In this document: piece after piece, positions 40,761 to 54,762 of the stretch
Numbering within the stretch: the stretch's first letter is position 1
How the letters are laid out: each line of letters starts with the position of its first letter
The notes under the pieces: model-generated
Database searches by the model: none
What the model was told of the DNA's origin: nothing
The model's input: only the letters and a program-made list of their open reading frames with translations
Origin: Eledone cirrhosa
Lineage: Eukaryota
Direction of reading: 5' to 3'
NCBI GenBank assembly: GCA_964016885.1
Contig: OZ024756.1
Span: 42,470,001 to 42,534,000, forward strand
Length of the DNA: 64,000 nt
Translations under genes and position numbers: made by a program

Positions 40761-42836
40761 CTATCTAAGGCGGGTAAAATTCCCGAGATCCATGGACGAG
40801 TTCTCTCCAGCGGTCTCTGTCCCTCATTATCGCTGCCATATCCTGCATCTCCAACAGACCAGTGTCTGTCCTCAGGGCATCAACATATGTTAACCTTGGT
40901 CTTCCTCTTCTAGTGTGTCCATGTAGGGGCTCCCAAAGGAGCACTGAGTGCAATGTCAACTCTGGATGTCGATGAGCATGTCCAGCCAACCTCAGTCTCC
41001 TCTGTGTCACTTTTGAGCTGACTTTTTGGATGCTCCCATACAGCTCTGAGTTTTTCATCCTCAGTGTATACTGATTAATGTTCAGAGCCATCCTATGCAT
41101 TCTCGTGTAGCACCCATCCACCATCTGAGTGAGTCTCTTGGTCAGTGTCCAAGTCTCAGACCCATACAGCAGCACAGACTCCACTACAGCAATGAAGAGG
41201 CGGATTTTCAGGTCTCTACGAAGGTCCGACTTCCACACCGATCTCAAGCTGTGACACGCCGCCCAGGCCTTGCTCTTCCTCTCAATCACATCATCTTCCG
41301 TATTCCCAATCTTTGCTCCCAAATACAGGAAGTCCTCAACCAATTCCAGCGGCTTCCCGCCTACATTAGTGATCCCCTCTGGCTTCTCAACATTCTCTAC
41401 CAGATATTTTGTTTTAGTCTCATTCATTCTCAGCCCCACACTCATCGACACAGTCTCAACCTCCCGCATCAAATCCTCTGCCCCCTTCACTGTATTTGTC
41501 ACCAAAACTATGTCGTCGGCAAATTCAGCATCCGATACCTTTTTCGCCCCAACTCTCCTGCTCTGAGCCGGTGCTACAGTAAAGCCAGAGTCCTGGTGTT
41601 TCTCCAGTGCAAGGCGCATACAATAGTCCACTACGATGATAAAAAGGTAGGGAGCCAATGTATCTCCCTGGAGTACTCCAGCCAGTATCTCAAAGAACTC
41701 TGTCATCCCATCAGGTGTAATGACTTGGGCGTTGGTGTTGGTGTAGAGCAGTGATATCAGGTCCACTATCCTCTTGGGGATTCCATAAGCCTGTAAGATC
41801 TTCATCAGGCAGTAACGGTCCACAGAATCAAAGGCCTTCCTAAAGTCAATGAAAACCATGACCGCAGGAAGGCACTTTGCTCTAGCTCCCTCTAATATCC
41901 TCCTCAGCATCAGGATGTGACTGGTGGTTGATCTACCCTCTCTGAAGCCGTTCTGGTTGTCCCTGAGCTTCTTCTCCATCTCAGGCTGGATCCTGTTAAG
42001 AATCATCCTGTTGAGGGTCTTTGCCACAAGTGACGTCAGTGAGATCCCCCGGTAGTTGTTGGTGTTAAAGAGATCTCCCTTCTTTGGCACTGGGACGATG
42101 TTACTGATCCTCCACTGATTCGGGGCAACTCCTTTCTCCAGTGCCCCGTTACAGAACCCCAGGATGATATCATCAAAATCACACCTCTTCATCACCTTTG
42201 ATGCCACTCCATCTTCTCCATGAGCCTTGCCCTCCTTGATCTTCTTGGCTCTCTGAAGCTCCTCTCTGGTGAAGGGCTCTGTCTCAACATCCAGTTCCTC
42301 AAACAGCCGCCTAATCTCCCCAGTGCTCTGGGCTGTGGAGGGTGGCTCTCCTAGTAGGGTCCTAAAATGGTCTAGCCATTTCCTCTTCCTATCCTCGGGC
42401 CCCGTTCCCTGGATCTGACTCGAACACCTTTTCTTCCTCCCTGTGATCTCGTTGATGATCATCCAGCTCTCCTTACATCCAGATCTGTCAACCGCTCTCT
42501 CCACACTTCTGATCTTCTCTATCAGTGCCTCATCTCTGACCTCAGTGTAAGCGGTACAGAGCTCTTCCCTCATCACCTCCACAGTCTCCATCCTCTCCTC
42601 CGTAGGATCAGCATAGAATTGGTCCCTGGCAGCTTTCAGGTGTTCTCTGGCTGCACACACTTTTGGGTTTGCAGAGCTGACGTGCTTCCCTTTGTTCTTT
42701 TTCCTCGGCACCAGGGTTTCACTTGCTTTCGCCACTGCATTGGTGAAGTGCCCGTACCTCCTCGTCACACTCTCCTCAGTCCATCCAATCTCTCTCTCCC
42801 CTGACTCTCCACACAGAGCACTAAACCTGTAGATAC
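40761..42836 (-). mobile_element. 5'-truncated RTE-like LINE with uninterrupted ~690-aa RT frame
   Basis: NYRGISL, QNGFR, FIDFRKAFD, GVLQGDTLAP, FADD, LRLAGH, RGRP; no stop codons; TA repeats on both sides. Confidence 0.92.
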
Positions 42837-42839
42837 GTA

Positions 42840-42895
<56 letters not shown>

Positions 42896-42930
42896 CAGCG
42901 GCGATGAATTAGTTTTGCGAGGTTTTTTAT

Positions 42931-45630
42931 ATGAAATCGTGTGTCGAAACAGATATTGTTACGAACAACAACAACAACAATAACCACAGTGGTAATAATG
43001 GAAATAGTACATGTAGCAACATCAACATCAAGAAACATAATAATAGTAACAACCACAATGGTAGAAATAGCAGTAACAACAACAACAATAACGGTGAAGT
43101 AAACAACAATACATCTAGCAATCATAACAATAATAATATTAATGCTAATGATAGAAACAACAACAACCACCATGATAACAATAATAGCAACACACACAAC
43201 TATGACGATAGAAATAACGACAACCCCTTAGAGAAACTATTTTTCAACCCAGCTGACAAAACATATAAGATGGGTAATATCTATCCTACGAGGTTACCCT
43301 TTAATAAAAGAGTTTGCATACCACAGCAAATAGATGACGAGACGGAGGCACAGTTCACCATAGCTAGAAATAAGATTAGACAAGTAGTAGACAGGTACAC
43401 TATGAGACAGAGCAGACCAGAGGCCCAACAACTTGGGATAAAACCTGTAGAAGGCTTGGTTAGCCTCAAGCAGCGCACAAGGGATGGTGAGGTAGTGTGT
43501 CTACCCACAGATAAGTCTGGTAGGATGTCAATAGATAGCATGCCGAACTACATCGAGGCAATGCAACCCCACATCACCAACACGAGCGAAGTTGCACAAC
43601 TAACACACGATGGGAGAGAAAAAATCCTCAACGCTCACATGATGATGTGGACTGACATCCTAAAGCCAAGCAGACGCACTGCCAACAACTTCCAGGCGTC
43701 TAACAATGGCATACCACCCTTGTATGGGCTCCGCAAAGACCACAAGACAGTCGACGACCCGACAACACGACCACCAACAAGACCCGTATGCGGAGCTAAT
43801 ATAGCTAGCAACTACAGGATCTCCTACTTCCTCTCAATGGTTATACGCCCCATAATCAAGATGTCCCCAGATGTATGTGAAAGTACAGAGGACCTCCTCA
43901 GCAGAATCAGTGAGTGCAACAAAAACAGGAGCCTATCCAACTGCATAATAGGCAGCATGGATGTGGTGTCACTGTACCCATCCATTAACATTGATTTTGC
44001 TGTGAAAAGATGTGTGGAGATGATCATTGAGAGTGAGGTGGAGTTCTGCGACGTCGACACAGACGAACTGGGCCTCCTACTTAGAATTACCTACGACACT
44101 GACTACCTAGACAGCCATGACCTTAGATGTTTCTGCCCTAGTAGACCTATAAGAGGTAGACCCCCCACCATAACCTCAATGGCTAAAAAGACTCCCATAG
44201 GAAGGTGGATTGGGTGGACCAAAGCTATACGGACCCCCCAAAACACTGATCAGGTAAGAAAAATGGTCGCACATGCAATAGGGGCTAGTATCAAAACTAC
44301 CCTAAAGGGCCACATATTTAAGTTCAATGAGAAAACCTACACCCAAAATGAGGGAGCAGCCATCGGCGTCAGCATAGCTGGTGATGTTGCCAACCTTTTC
44401 ATGGTATGGTGGGAAAGGAGACTTAAAGATCTCCTTAATGAAAGCTCCATAGACCTCATCATGTACTCTCGTTATGTAGACGATATCAATATAGTTATAA
44501 GAACACCCCCACTAGAGAGCACTAACAAGTTTGATTTAGAACGTAGCACGATGGAAAGCATCCAGCAGATAGCTAATTCCATACACCAGAGTATAACTGT
44601 AACTATAGACTTCCCTTCCAAACACCCTAACAATAGACTACCTGTATTAGACACAGAACTCTGGATTAACACTATAGACGAGAGAGCCCAAATTCTCCAC
44701 TCACACTATGCTAAACCCATGGCCTCCAAATACCTGATACTCAAAAACTCAGCAATGTCCAGTAGTGCTAAGTTTAATATTCTGATCGCAGATTTGGTAC
44801 GAGTGATGAAGAATGTGTCCAGCATGTGCGACCCAACAGAAATGGAAGGACACATCCAACACTTCATCAACCGCATGCAGTTCTCTGGCTACAACCAAAG
44901 AGACAGAGTCAGAGTATACGAAGGAGCCATGGAAAAGTATAAGACCCTCATAGAACTGGACATGAAAGGAATTTGCCCACTATACAGGAGCAAATCATGG
45001 AATAGCTTAGATAGGGCTAGACATAAGATAGGGAAGGCCACATCATGGTACGACAACCAGAGATATCAGAGTGTCATGTTTGTGGACGCCACCCCTGGAG
45101 GGAAATTAGCTAACCAGTGTAGAAAGGCCCTGAGAAAGACCCACTTAAAAATAAAGGTGGTAGAAAAGCCAGGAACCACCATAAAATCCCTGATCAGCAA
45201 AACCTACCCTTTTAAGAAAACCCACTGTACCAATAGGAAATGTATCATTTGTAAGGTGAACCCCCGGATAAACTGTAAAACTAGAAACGTAGTCTATAGC
45301 ATAAGATGTACAGAGGGTACTTGCAGAAACATGACAACAACATACATAGGTGAGACAGCTCGTAGCATAGGTGAAAGGATAGACCAACACTGGGGGGAAC
45401 TAAAAGGACGAAAAAACGGGTCAGTACTATACGAACATGCTAGACAACAACATGACGGTAACATAGACAACATAGAAATTAGAATAATATCTAAACATAG
45501 GAATGACCCAGCAGATAGGCAAATCAGAGAGGCCAGTGAAATAGAAATTAGAAGACCAAAGCTAAACAGAAAGAATGAGTGGAACAACAACAACACCCAA
45601 ACAAACAACACTGACCTAAGAGAAGTATAA
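42931..45630 (+). CDS. PLE polyprotein: Asn-rich N-region, reverse transcriptase, GIY-YIG endonuclease (899-aa open frame)
   Basis: ORF track; RT and GIY-YIG motifs intact; the ATG lies in an inverted segment and may be fortuitous. Confidence 0.85.
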   Translation: MKSCVETDIVTNNNNNNNHSGNNGNSTCSNINIKKHNNSNNHNGRNSSNNNNNNGEVNNNTSSNHNNNNINANDRNNNNHHDNNNSNTHNYDDRNNDNPLEKLFFNPADKTYKMGNIYPTRLPFNKRVCIPQQIDDETEAQFTIARNKIRQVVDRYTMRQSRPEAQQLGIKPVEGLVSLKQRTRDGEVVCLPTDKSGRMSIDSMPNYIEAMQPHITNTSEVAQLTHDGREKILNAHMMMWTDILKPSRRTANNFQASNNGIPPLYGLRKDHKTVDDPTTRPPTRPVCGANIASNYRISYFLSMVIRPIIKMSPDVCESTEDLLSRISECNKNRSLSNCIIGSMDVVSLYPSINIDFAVKRCVEMIIESEVEFCDVDTDELGLLLRITYDTDYLDSHDLRCFCPSRPIRGRPPTITSMAKKTPIGRWIGWTKAIRTPQNTDQVRKMVAHAIGASIKTTLKGHIFKFNEKTYTQNEGAAIGVSIAGDVANLFMVWWERRLKDLLNESSIDLIMYSRYVDDINIVIRTPPLESTNKFDLERSTMESIQQIANSIHQSITVTIDFPSKHPNNRLPVLDTELWINTIDERAQILHSHYAKPMASKYLILKNSAMSSSAKFNILIADLVRVMKNVSSMCDPTEMEGHIQHFINRMQFSGYNQRDRVRVYEGAMEKYKTLIELDMKGICPLYRSKSWNSLDRARHKIGKATSWYDNQRYQSVMFVDATPGGKLANQCRKALRKTHLKIKVVEKPGTTIKSLISKTYPFKKTHCTNRKCIICKVNPRINCKTRNVVYSIRCTEGTCRNMTTTYIGETARSIGERIDQHWGELKGRKNGSVLYEHARQQHDGNIDNIEIRIISKHRNDPADRQIREASEIEIRRPKLNRKNEWNNNNTQTNNTDLREV

Positions 45631-45897
45631 ATAAGTAAATAAAATTAAATAAAATAAGATAAATAAATACATACACAAGCACATAAACACACACTAGTCA
45701 CCCAGCAGACACAACACTATACACACTAGTCACACATCACACATAACACTATACACACACGCAAACGCATGCGCAAAGAAGACAAAATAAAATAAGATAA
45801 ACAAACAAGCAAATAAATAAATAAATATATAGACAGACTGAACAAAAAAAAATGGCGTAGACATACAACACAACAGGAGGAACAATGAATATAACAC

Positions 45898-45935
45898 CAC
45901 TGACGATGTTGCAGATGTGCAACGAAAGATTTATG
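45898..45935 (+). ncRNA. Minimal hammerhead ribozyme in PLE-1 terminal repeat
   Basis: CA-CTGACGA-T-GTTGCA-GATG-TGCAAC-GAAA-GATT-TA-TG. Confidence 0.72.
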
Positions 45936-46153
45936 TAAATTATGTAAACTATATATATGTGTTTGTGTCTATATTGTATCTGTATTATTTTTGACCGCCG
46001 GTCAGTCAATGGCAACATTGAGGACCGAGTAAGTTAGATCGCAGATATATATATATAAAAGACAGCGAGAAGCGAAAACCAACCAAACAGTGAGTGTGTT
46101 CTGTTATTAATTCTGGCAATATTACGCAAATATGACCCTCCCCAAATATAACA

Positions 46154-46254
<101 letters not shown>

Positions 46255-46271
46255 CATATATACATATATAC

Positions 46272-46311
<40 letters not shown>

Positions 46312-46325
46312 TTACATATATATAC

Positions 46326-46358
<33 letters not shown>

Positions 46359-46698
46359 CATATATATATACATATATATATACATATATATATACATATA
46401 TACATATATATATACATATATATATACATATATATATACATATATATATACATATATATATACATATATACATATATATATATTTCGTTTCTGAATTTGT
46501 TTAGCAAGATTCTTTATCTGAAATCGTGTGTTGAAACCGATATTGTTATACTTTGGGAGGGTCATGTTGCCAATAAGAAACACACGCACCAGTTGCTTTC
46601 ACTTCAATTTAATTTAATATATATTTATAAATTTACAAATTTATAAATTTCTGGTTGGTTGGTTGGTTCCACAACCAGATAGTTGTTTATATATATAT

Positions 46699-46743
46699 AG
46701 TCATAGTTCTTTCGTCACACACTCTGTGACCTCTTCAGTGACT
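46699..46743 (-). ncRNA. Hammerhead ribozyme (mirror copy in PLE-2)
   Basis: Reverse complement of 48001-48045. Confidence 0.83.
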
Positions 46744-48000
46744 GGGGATTTCTTTCTTCGTTTCTGTGCCTTTCCTTTCTTCTATCCTACGCCATTTTGT
46801 TTGTGTGTGGGTTGCGTGCTCAGTTTGCGCATGCGCCACATCCGGGTGTCTGTGTGTGTTTGTGTTCATTTTTCTATTTTTCTATTTATATTTGTTTGTT
46901 TATTTATTTATTTATTGTTGGTTGGTTGTTTGTTCTATGTGTGTGTGTGTTTTCATTTTGTCTTGTGTGTGTTTTCATTTTGTGTGTGTTTTCAATTGTA
47001 AGTTGTTTATATATGTGTGTGTGTGTTTTCATTTTGTCCTTAATTGTAAGTTGTGATGTTGCTGTTCCACTCATATTTTCTATTTAATTTTGGTTTTAAT
47101 TCTTTTATGCTTACTGCCTCTGTAATTTGCCTAAACATTGCGTCTTTCTTGTGTGTGGATTCTATTTTTATTTCTATGCTCTCTAATTTACCCCTGTGAA
47201 CTAGCCTACAAATTTAGAAGGGCCCTAAAGAAACATAATCTCAATATTAAGATAGTAGAAAGACCTGGTACCTCCGTAAAAACACTTATTAGCAAGACAT
47301 ACCCGTTCCAAAGACCCTCATGTATAGATAAGAAATGTATAACCTGTAAAATAAGCCCCCATATTAACTGTAAAACTAGAAATGTAGTATATAGCATAAG
47401 ATGTACTGAGGGACAATGTAGAAACAAAAATATAGTGTACATAGGTGAGACAGCTCGTAGTATAGGGGAACGAATAAATGAACACTGGCGAGACCTCCAA
47501 GATAGTAAAGAATCATCTGTGCTCTACCAACATGCTAAGATAGAACACAGGGGTAAATTAGAGAGCATAGAAATAAAAATAGAATCCACACACAAGAAAG
47601 ACGCAATGTTTAGGCAAATTACAGAGGCAGTAAGCATAAAAGAATTAAAACCAAAATTAAATAGAAAATATGAGTGGAACAGCAACATCACAACTTACAA
47701 TTAAGGACAAAATGAAAACACACACACACATATATAAACAACTTACAATTGAAAACACACACAAAATGAAAACACACACAAGACAAAATGAAAACACACA
47801 CACACATAGAACAAACAACCAACCAACAATAAATAAATAAATAAACAAACAAATATAAATAGAAAAATAGAAAAATGAACACAAACACACACAGACACCC
47901 GGATGTGGCGCATGCGCAAACTGAGCACGCAACCCACACACAAACAAAATGGCGTAGGATAGAAGAAAGGAAAGGCACAGAAACGAAGAAAGAAATCCCC

Positions 48001-48045
48001 AGTCACTGAAGAGGTCACAGAGTGTGTGACGAAAGAACTATGACT
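48001..48045 (+). ncRNA. Minimal type I hammerhead ribozyme in PLE-2
   Basis: AGTCA-CTGAAGA-G-GTCACA-GAGTG-TGTGAC-GAAA-GAAC-TA-TGACT; stems I and II fully paired, CUA triplet. Confidence 0.85.
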
Positions 48046-48370
48046 ATATATATATAAACAACTATCTGGTTGTGGAACCAACCAACCAACCAGAAATTTA
48101 TAAATTTGTAAATTTATAAATATATATTAAATTAAATTGAAGTGAAAGCAACTGGTGCGTGTGTTTCTTATTGGCAACATGACCCTCCCAAAGTATAACC
48201 ATATATATATACATATATACATATATATATACATATATATATACATATATATATACATATATACATATATATATACATATATATATACATATATATATAC
48301 ATATATATATACATATATATATACATATATATATACATATATATATACATATATATATACATATATATAC

Positions 48371-48401
<31 letters not shown>

Positions 48402-48542
48402 CATATATATATACATATATATATATACATATATATATACATATATATATATACATATATATATACATATATATATATACATATATATATACATATATAT
48501 ATATACATATATATATACATATATATATACATATATATATAC

Positions 48543-48577
<35 letters not shown>

Positions 48578-48821
48578 CATATATATATACATATATATAT
48601 ATATATACATATATATATACATATATATATACATATATATATATACATATATATATACATATATACATATATATATACATATATATATATATATACATAT
48701 ATATATACATATATATATACATATATATATACATATATATATACATATATATATATATACATATATATATACATATATATATACATATATATATATACAC
48801 ATATATATATACATATATATA

Positions 48822-50875
48822 AAATATGTAGTTTAGAAAGCCATAACAATGCAGATGGGAAATCTCGAGGTAAGAAGTGAGTGAGAAATAGGAGAAAAGT
48901 GAAAATGAAAATGAAAACAAAACAAAGGTAGAAGGGTTACCGTAGAGGAGATTTAATCCCAATATTTCGGGCTCACGCCCATCAACGGGGGAAAGTTCCA
49001 AAAGGGGGGGAACAGGCTAAGTCGGAGAAAGTTGTATTGTCGTTAAAACATAGGAATGCCGTTATGGGGAAAAATTCAAACGAGGGAAAGAATGCGCGTG
49101 CGCGTGATAGGCTGTGGCAAAAGCTACTGACCAATTGGGTTAAATCAATAGGGTGCGCTAGCGTGTGAAAGCCGTAAAATAAGTGTGTGCAACTGTGTGT
49201 GTATATGTGTATGTGTGTATGTATGTGAGTGTGTGTGTGTGAAAGATAGAGTGCCGTAGAAGCTGGAAAACAAAGTGTGAAAGGTGGTAGGTTGTATAAA
49301 CATGTGTGCGTGTATAAATATAGATGTGTGTGTGTATGTGTATGGGTATACATATAAGTGCGTGTGTGTGAAAGATAGTAGGCCGTAGGGGCTGTTACTG
49401 GTCACTATGGTTAAATTAGCCATGTCAGCTCATTTCTCTCAGCCCGGTTGTTAAGTGGGGGTCTGAGGTTCTTAATAACAAGTGCTTCCTTTATCCTTAA
49501 GGATCCGATGCTGCGTTCAGTCGCTAGGACTGTGACCAAGGGTCTGCCCTGTGGGTTTCCGCATTTAAGGATGTGTTTACGGAAGGAAGATGCGTTGGTG
49601 TTGACATGTTCCTTGATACGAACATGTAGGGCTCGGATGGTGCTACCTCTGTAGAACTTGTTACATTTATCGCATTGAATCTTATATACGACATAGGTGC
49701 GTAGGCAATCTGCCCCCCGTATCGGGCAGTTGCTGAGGGAACACGTCGATTCTGACTCGTCGGGTTTGTTGGAGAGGCATCTTCGGAGCGAAGGTCCTGT
49801 GTGAGCCAAATGTATGTCAAGTCCCTCCCTCCGTATGGCCCTGCGGATGGCGTTCGTGGTATATTCACTCAGGTGGGGGATTTTAAAGAAGCACCTGCTT
49901 TTATCTAAGTTTCTAGTGGGTGTCTGTCTATTGGGTCTGGGGTCTCTAATTCCGTTAATCAGTCGCTTGGGATATCCATTAGACTTGAGTAGATTACGGA
50001 ATTGCGTGGTATGGGTGAGACCACCCATCGGGTCGCTGCATCTATTAGTGATCCGTGTAAGTTCATTTAGGACATAGCCTCTCTTAGCGTTGTTGGGGAT
50101 GGCTGAGTTGTAATGCACAAATAAGTCCTTGCACGCTGCCTTGCGGTAGAAGGTGGTGTTTATGTCTCCTTCTTCCGAGATGTTGATACGGAAGTCGAGG
50201 AGGGCGAGTGACCCGTCTTCTCCAGGGTGTTCGATGGTGAAATCGACGTGATGGTCAGTGTCGTTGAAGATTTGGTGAATTTCATTCGCCATCTCCCGGG
50301 AAGAAGTGAGTATCAGTATGTCATCAACGTATCTGGAGTAGAAGGCGACGGCGTTGGGTTGGCAGGTGTTGAGTGCCTTGCGTTCCAGGTGGTCCATGTA
50401 CGAGATCGCAAGTATGCCGGACGGACTAGAGCCCATAGGTAGCCCAGAGATCTGTTTGTACGTGTGGCCGAGGAAATTAAAGAATGCATTATCCACAACG
50501 AAGGAGAGGAGTTGGTGGATGTCCGTGTGTGTGAGTCCGAAGCAGTGTAAGTTAGATGCTCGGACTCGTTCGGTCAACAGGTCGACGGCTGGGGATGCTG
50601 GTACGGAGGTATAAAGGGCGACCACATCAAGACTGAAGGCATATCCGTTGTCCTTTCTGGTGTTGGGCGCCAGATGGTGTAGTCGCTCCAAGACCTCCTT
50701 TGAGCTGCAGACGTGGGCTGGTAGTGTGTGTAGAATGGGTTTCAGTAGTGTGGAGAGCAGCCACGATATTTTGTAAAGTGGGCCCTCCACGCTAGAGACA
50801 ATGGGCCTGATTTTCAAATCGGGTCCTTGTTTATGGGTTTTCACCAGGTGGTAGAAGGTGGGTAGTTTGCTACCC

Positions 50876-50876
<1 letters not shown>
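48822..50876 (-). mobile_element. Penelope-like element 3 (different family), 5'-truncated, open RT + GIY-YIG frame 49411-50876
   Basis: [44 protein letters not shown]...FYRGST...IKEAL...PPLN. Confidence 0.92.
48958..48991 (-). ncRNA. Atypical hammerhead-like motif in PLE-3 terminal repeat
   Basis: CCC-CCGTTGA-T-GGGC-GTGA-GCCC-GAAATATT-GGG. Confidence 0.5.
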
Positions 50877-50912
<36 letters not shown>

Positions 50913-51549
50913 CATATATATATACATATATATATACATATACATATATACATATATATATACATATACATATATACATATATATATACATATACATATA
51001 TACATATATATATATATACATATATATATACATATACATATATACATATATATATATATACATATATATATACATATATACATATATATATACATATATA
51101 CATATACATATATACATATATATATACATATATACATATACATATATACATATATATATACATATATATATACATATATACATACATATATACATATATA
51201 CATATACATATATACATACATATATACATATACATATATATATATACATATATACATATATATATATACATATACACATATATATATACATATATATATA
51301 TACATATACATATATACATATATACATACATATATATATATACATATACATATATACATATATATATATACATATATATATATACATACATATATATATA
51401 TACATACATATATATATATACATACATATATATATATATATATATACATACATATATATATATACATATATATATATACATATATATATATACATACACA
51501 TATATATATATATATATATACATACATATATATATATATATATACATAC

Positions 51550-51594
<45 letters not shown>

Positions 51595-51805
51595 CATATA
51601 CATATACATATATACATATACATGTACATATATACATATATATATACATAGGTCTTTATATATATATACATATATATATATATATACATATATACATATA
51701 CATATACATACATACATATACATATATATATATATACATATATATATATACATATACATATATACATATACATATATATACATATATATATACATATATA
51801 TATAC

Positions 51806-51838
<33 letters not shown>

Positions 51839-51973
51839 CATATACATATATATACATATATATATATATACATATATACATATATATATATATACATATA
51901 TACATATATATATATATACATATATACATATATATATATATACATATATACATATATATATATATACATATAC

Positions 51974-52026
<53 letters not shown>

Positions 52027-52053
52027 CATACATATATATATATATACATATAC

Positions 52054-52108
<55 letters not shown>

Positions 52109-52116
52109 CATACATA

Positions 52117-52210
<94 letters not shown>

Positions 52211-52237
52211 CATATATATATATACATATATATATAC

Positions 52238-52286
<49 letters not shown>

Positions 52287-52359
52287 CATATATATACATA
52301 TATATATATACATATATATATATACATATATATACATACATATATATACATATATATAC

Positions 52360-52394
<35 letters not shown>

Positions 52395-52455
52395 CATATA
52401 TATACATATATATACATATATATACATATATATATATATATATACATATATATAC

Positions 52456-52488
<33 letters not shown>

Positions 52489-52499
52489 CATATATATAC

Positions 52500-52532
<33 letters not shown>

Positions 52533-52573
52533 CATATATATACATATATATATATATACATATATATATATAC

Positions 52574-52614
<41 letters not shown>

Positions 52615-52722
52615 TATACATATATATATACATATACATATATATACATATACATATATATATATACATATATATATATATACATATATATGTATACATA
52701 TATATATATATACATATATATA
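50877..52722. repeat. (TA/TACA)n compound microsatellite, ~1.85 kb
   Basis: Direct inspection. Confidence 0.95.
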
Positions 52723-54762
52723 ACTTTGAATAACTTTGAAATGTTTTGGCCAGTATTGGCCCAGGCCATGTCTAACTTAATAGCACCACCTGGCGAAGTC
52801 TTTCAATTCAGGATTTGGGCACCATGGCCCATTCGAGAAGAGAATTACTGTTTGCGGAGACATATCCGGGTGTGGGTGGTTTGTTCGGGATTACTTGGAG
52901 GAATTTGTCCAAAGACTTCTTGAATTTTGTGTGGTCAGTTTCTGTTTTGACGTGTCCTGGTGTGATGTTGAAGAGAGCAGGGCCGATTGAGGTGAAATAA
53001 TTGTGCCGTATTGTTGTTATGAGTTGCGATTTAGATTTTTGTATGGGACGGATAGCACGGGGCCCAAGCCTTGGGTGTATCTTGAAGGCGATGCCAACAT
53101 CATTTGGGCAGTGATGATGGAACATTTTCCACATCATACAGATAATATAACGCTCACGGCGACGATGGAGTGAGTAAAGTTTCAGCTTTTCTAGTCGACC
53201 CCAGTAGTCAAGGTCTGACATGCCATCTATCTTTTTCGTGATTGCCCTTTGAGGAGCTTCAAGTTTCATGATACTTTGTTTCGTGTGGGGAGACCACAGT
53301 GGACAACAGTATTCAAGGTGTGGTCGGGCAAAAGTAGAGAAGAGAAGGATAATGGTGTGGGAATCTCTCGACTGGAAGGTTCTGAGGATCCAGGAACACA
53401 TTCTGCGGGCCATGTCAACTTTGCTGCTTATATGCGTGGCCCAGCTTATGTTGCTGTCCACGGTTACTCCCAAGTCTCTGATGTTGTTAGATGCCACGAG
53501 AGTTTCCCCGGAGGAAAGGGAGTACGGGAGTTTCAGAGCATCCTCTTTTCCAAAGTGGATCAGTTCGAATTTGTCTTCGTTCAGTAACATGTTGTTCTTT
53601 TCCGCCCATTGGGTAACAGCCGGTAGGTCTGACTGAAGGCTTATCCGGTCATCCACGCCATTGATGACCTTTTGGAGCTTGGAATCATCAGCGAAAATTT
53701 TAATGTTGCTGTGTTTGATGATGTCAGTGATGTCATTAATATAGATGATGAAGAGAAGTGGGCCCAACACAGTGCCTTGTGGGACCCCACTACTGACTTT
53801 GGCTGGGCTGGATTTGACTCCTTCAACTACAACATGTTGGGTTCTGTTTGACAGGAAGCTCTTGATCCACTGCAGCAGCTTTCCAGTGACACCAATATTT
53901 GACAGCTTTCTCAGTAGAATGTTATGATCAACCCTGTCAAAGGCCTTGCTGAAATCAAGGTAGATAACATCAGTGTTGGAACCCTCTCCCAAGGCTCTCA
54001 AAATGTCATCAAAGTGATGCAGTAGCTGCGTCAGGCAATCCCTTCCATTACGGAATCCATGCTGGTTGGAGTTCAGCATATTGTTACTCTCAAAGAAGTG
54101 GGTCATTCGCGATCTCACCACTCTCTCAAATACCTTAATGATATGAGAGGTGAGTGAGATTGGACGGTAATTCACGGCAAGGGATTTGTTTCCTTTTTTG
54201 AAAACTGGGACAACAGACTGGGATAGTAGGTTTTCTGGCACATATCCAGCATCCAGTGAGTTCCGCCACAGATTGGCAAGAGGAGATGCAAGTTGGTGTT
54301 GACACGCCTTCAAGACACAAGCAGGGAACCTATCGGGACCTACTGCTGAATTGTGCTTGATTTCCTTTATTGCCGCTAAGACATCAGGGGCGCCAAACGT
54401 TATGTCCGATAAGGTGTAATGGGGAGTAACATCGCCGATACAGCCCAGATCGGCCATATCAGGATTGCTGAAAACAGAGCAGTATTGTTTCTGCAGTATC
54501 TCACCCATGGTTTTAGCATTGTCTTGAAGAGTGCCATTTTCATCAATTAGAGGGCCAACAGTAGAGCCAGTGATTTTGTGTTTTTTTGCAAATGAAAAGA
54601 ACACTTTGGGATTGAGTTTGATCTTCTCAATGGCCCAGGCCTCTTCAGCTCTTCTCTGATTGTTGATGAGGGACATTATATTGTTTTGGAGGTTATGTTT
54701 TTTAATCTCTAGTGATGAAATGGCAGTCAAGTTGATGTGTTGCTGCTGACAGTATTTCAGTA
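52722..54762 (-). mobile_element. 5'-truncated CR1-clade LINE with uninterrupted RT frame (52808-54762)
   Basis: [44 protein letters not shown]; short 3' UTR ending in a TTCAAAGTTA tandem. Confidence 0.92.

Larger units (their letters stand above)
46482..48200. mobile_element. Penelope-like element 2: severely 5'-truncated GIY-YIG fragment (47199-47704, +) with a 654-bp inverted duplication
   Basis: Arms 46545-47198 and 47546-48199; peptide NVVYSIRC...YIGETARSIGER closely related to PLE-1. Confidence 0.92.

Noticed and set aside
40765-43197. 810-aa ORF as a single protein with hydrophobic N-terminus
   Set aside because: Chimeric read-through from the antisense Asn tract of PLE-1 across a TA tract into the truncated LINE.
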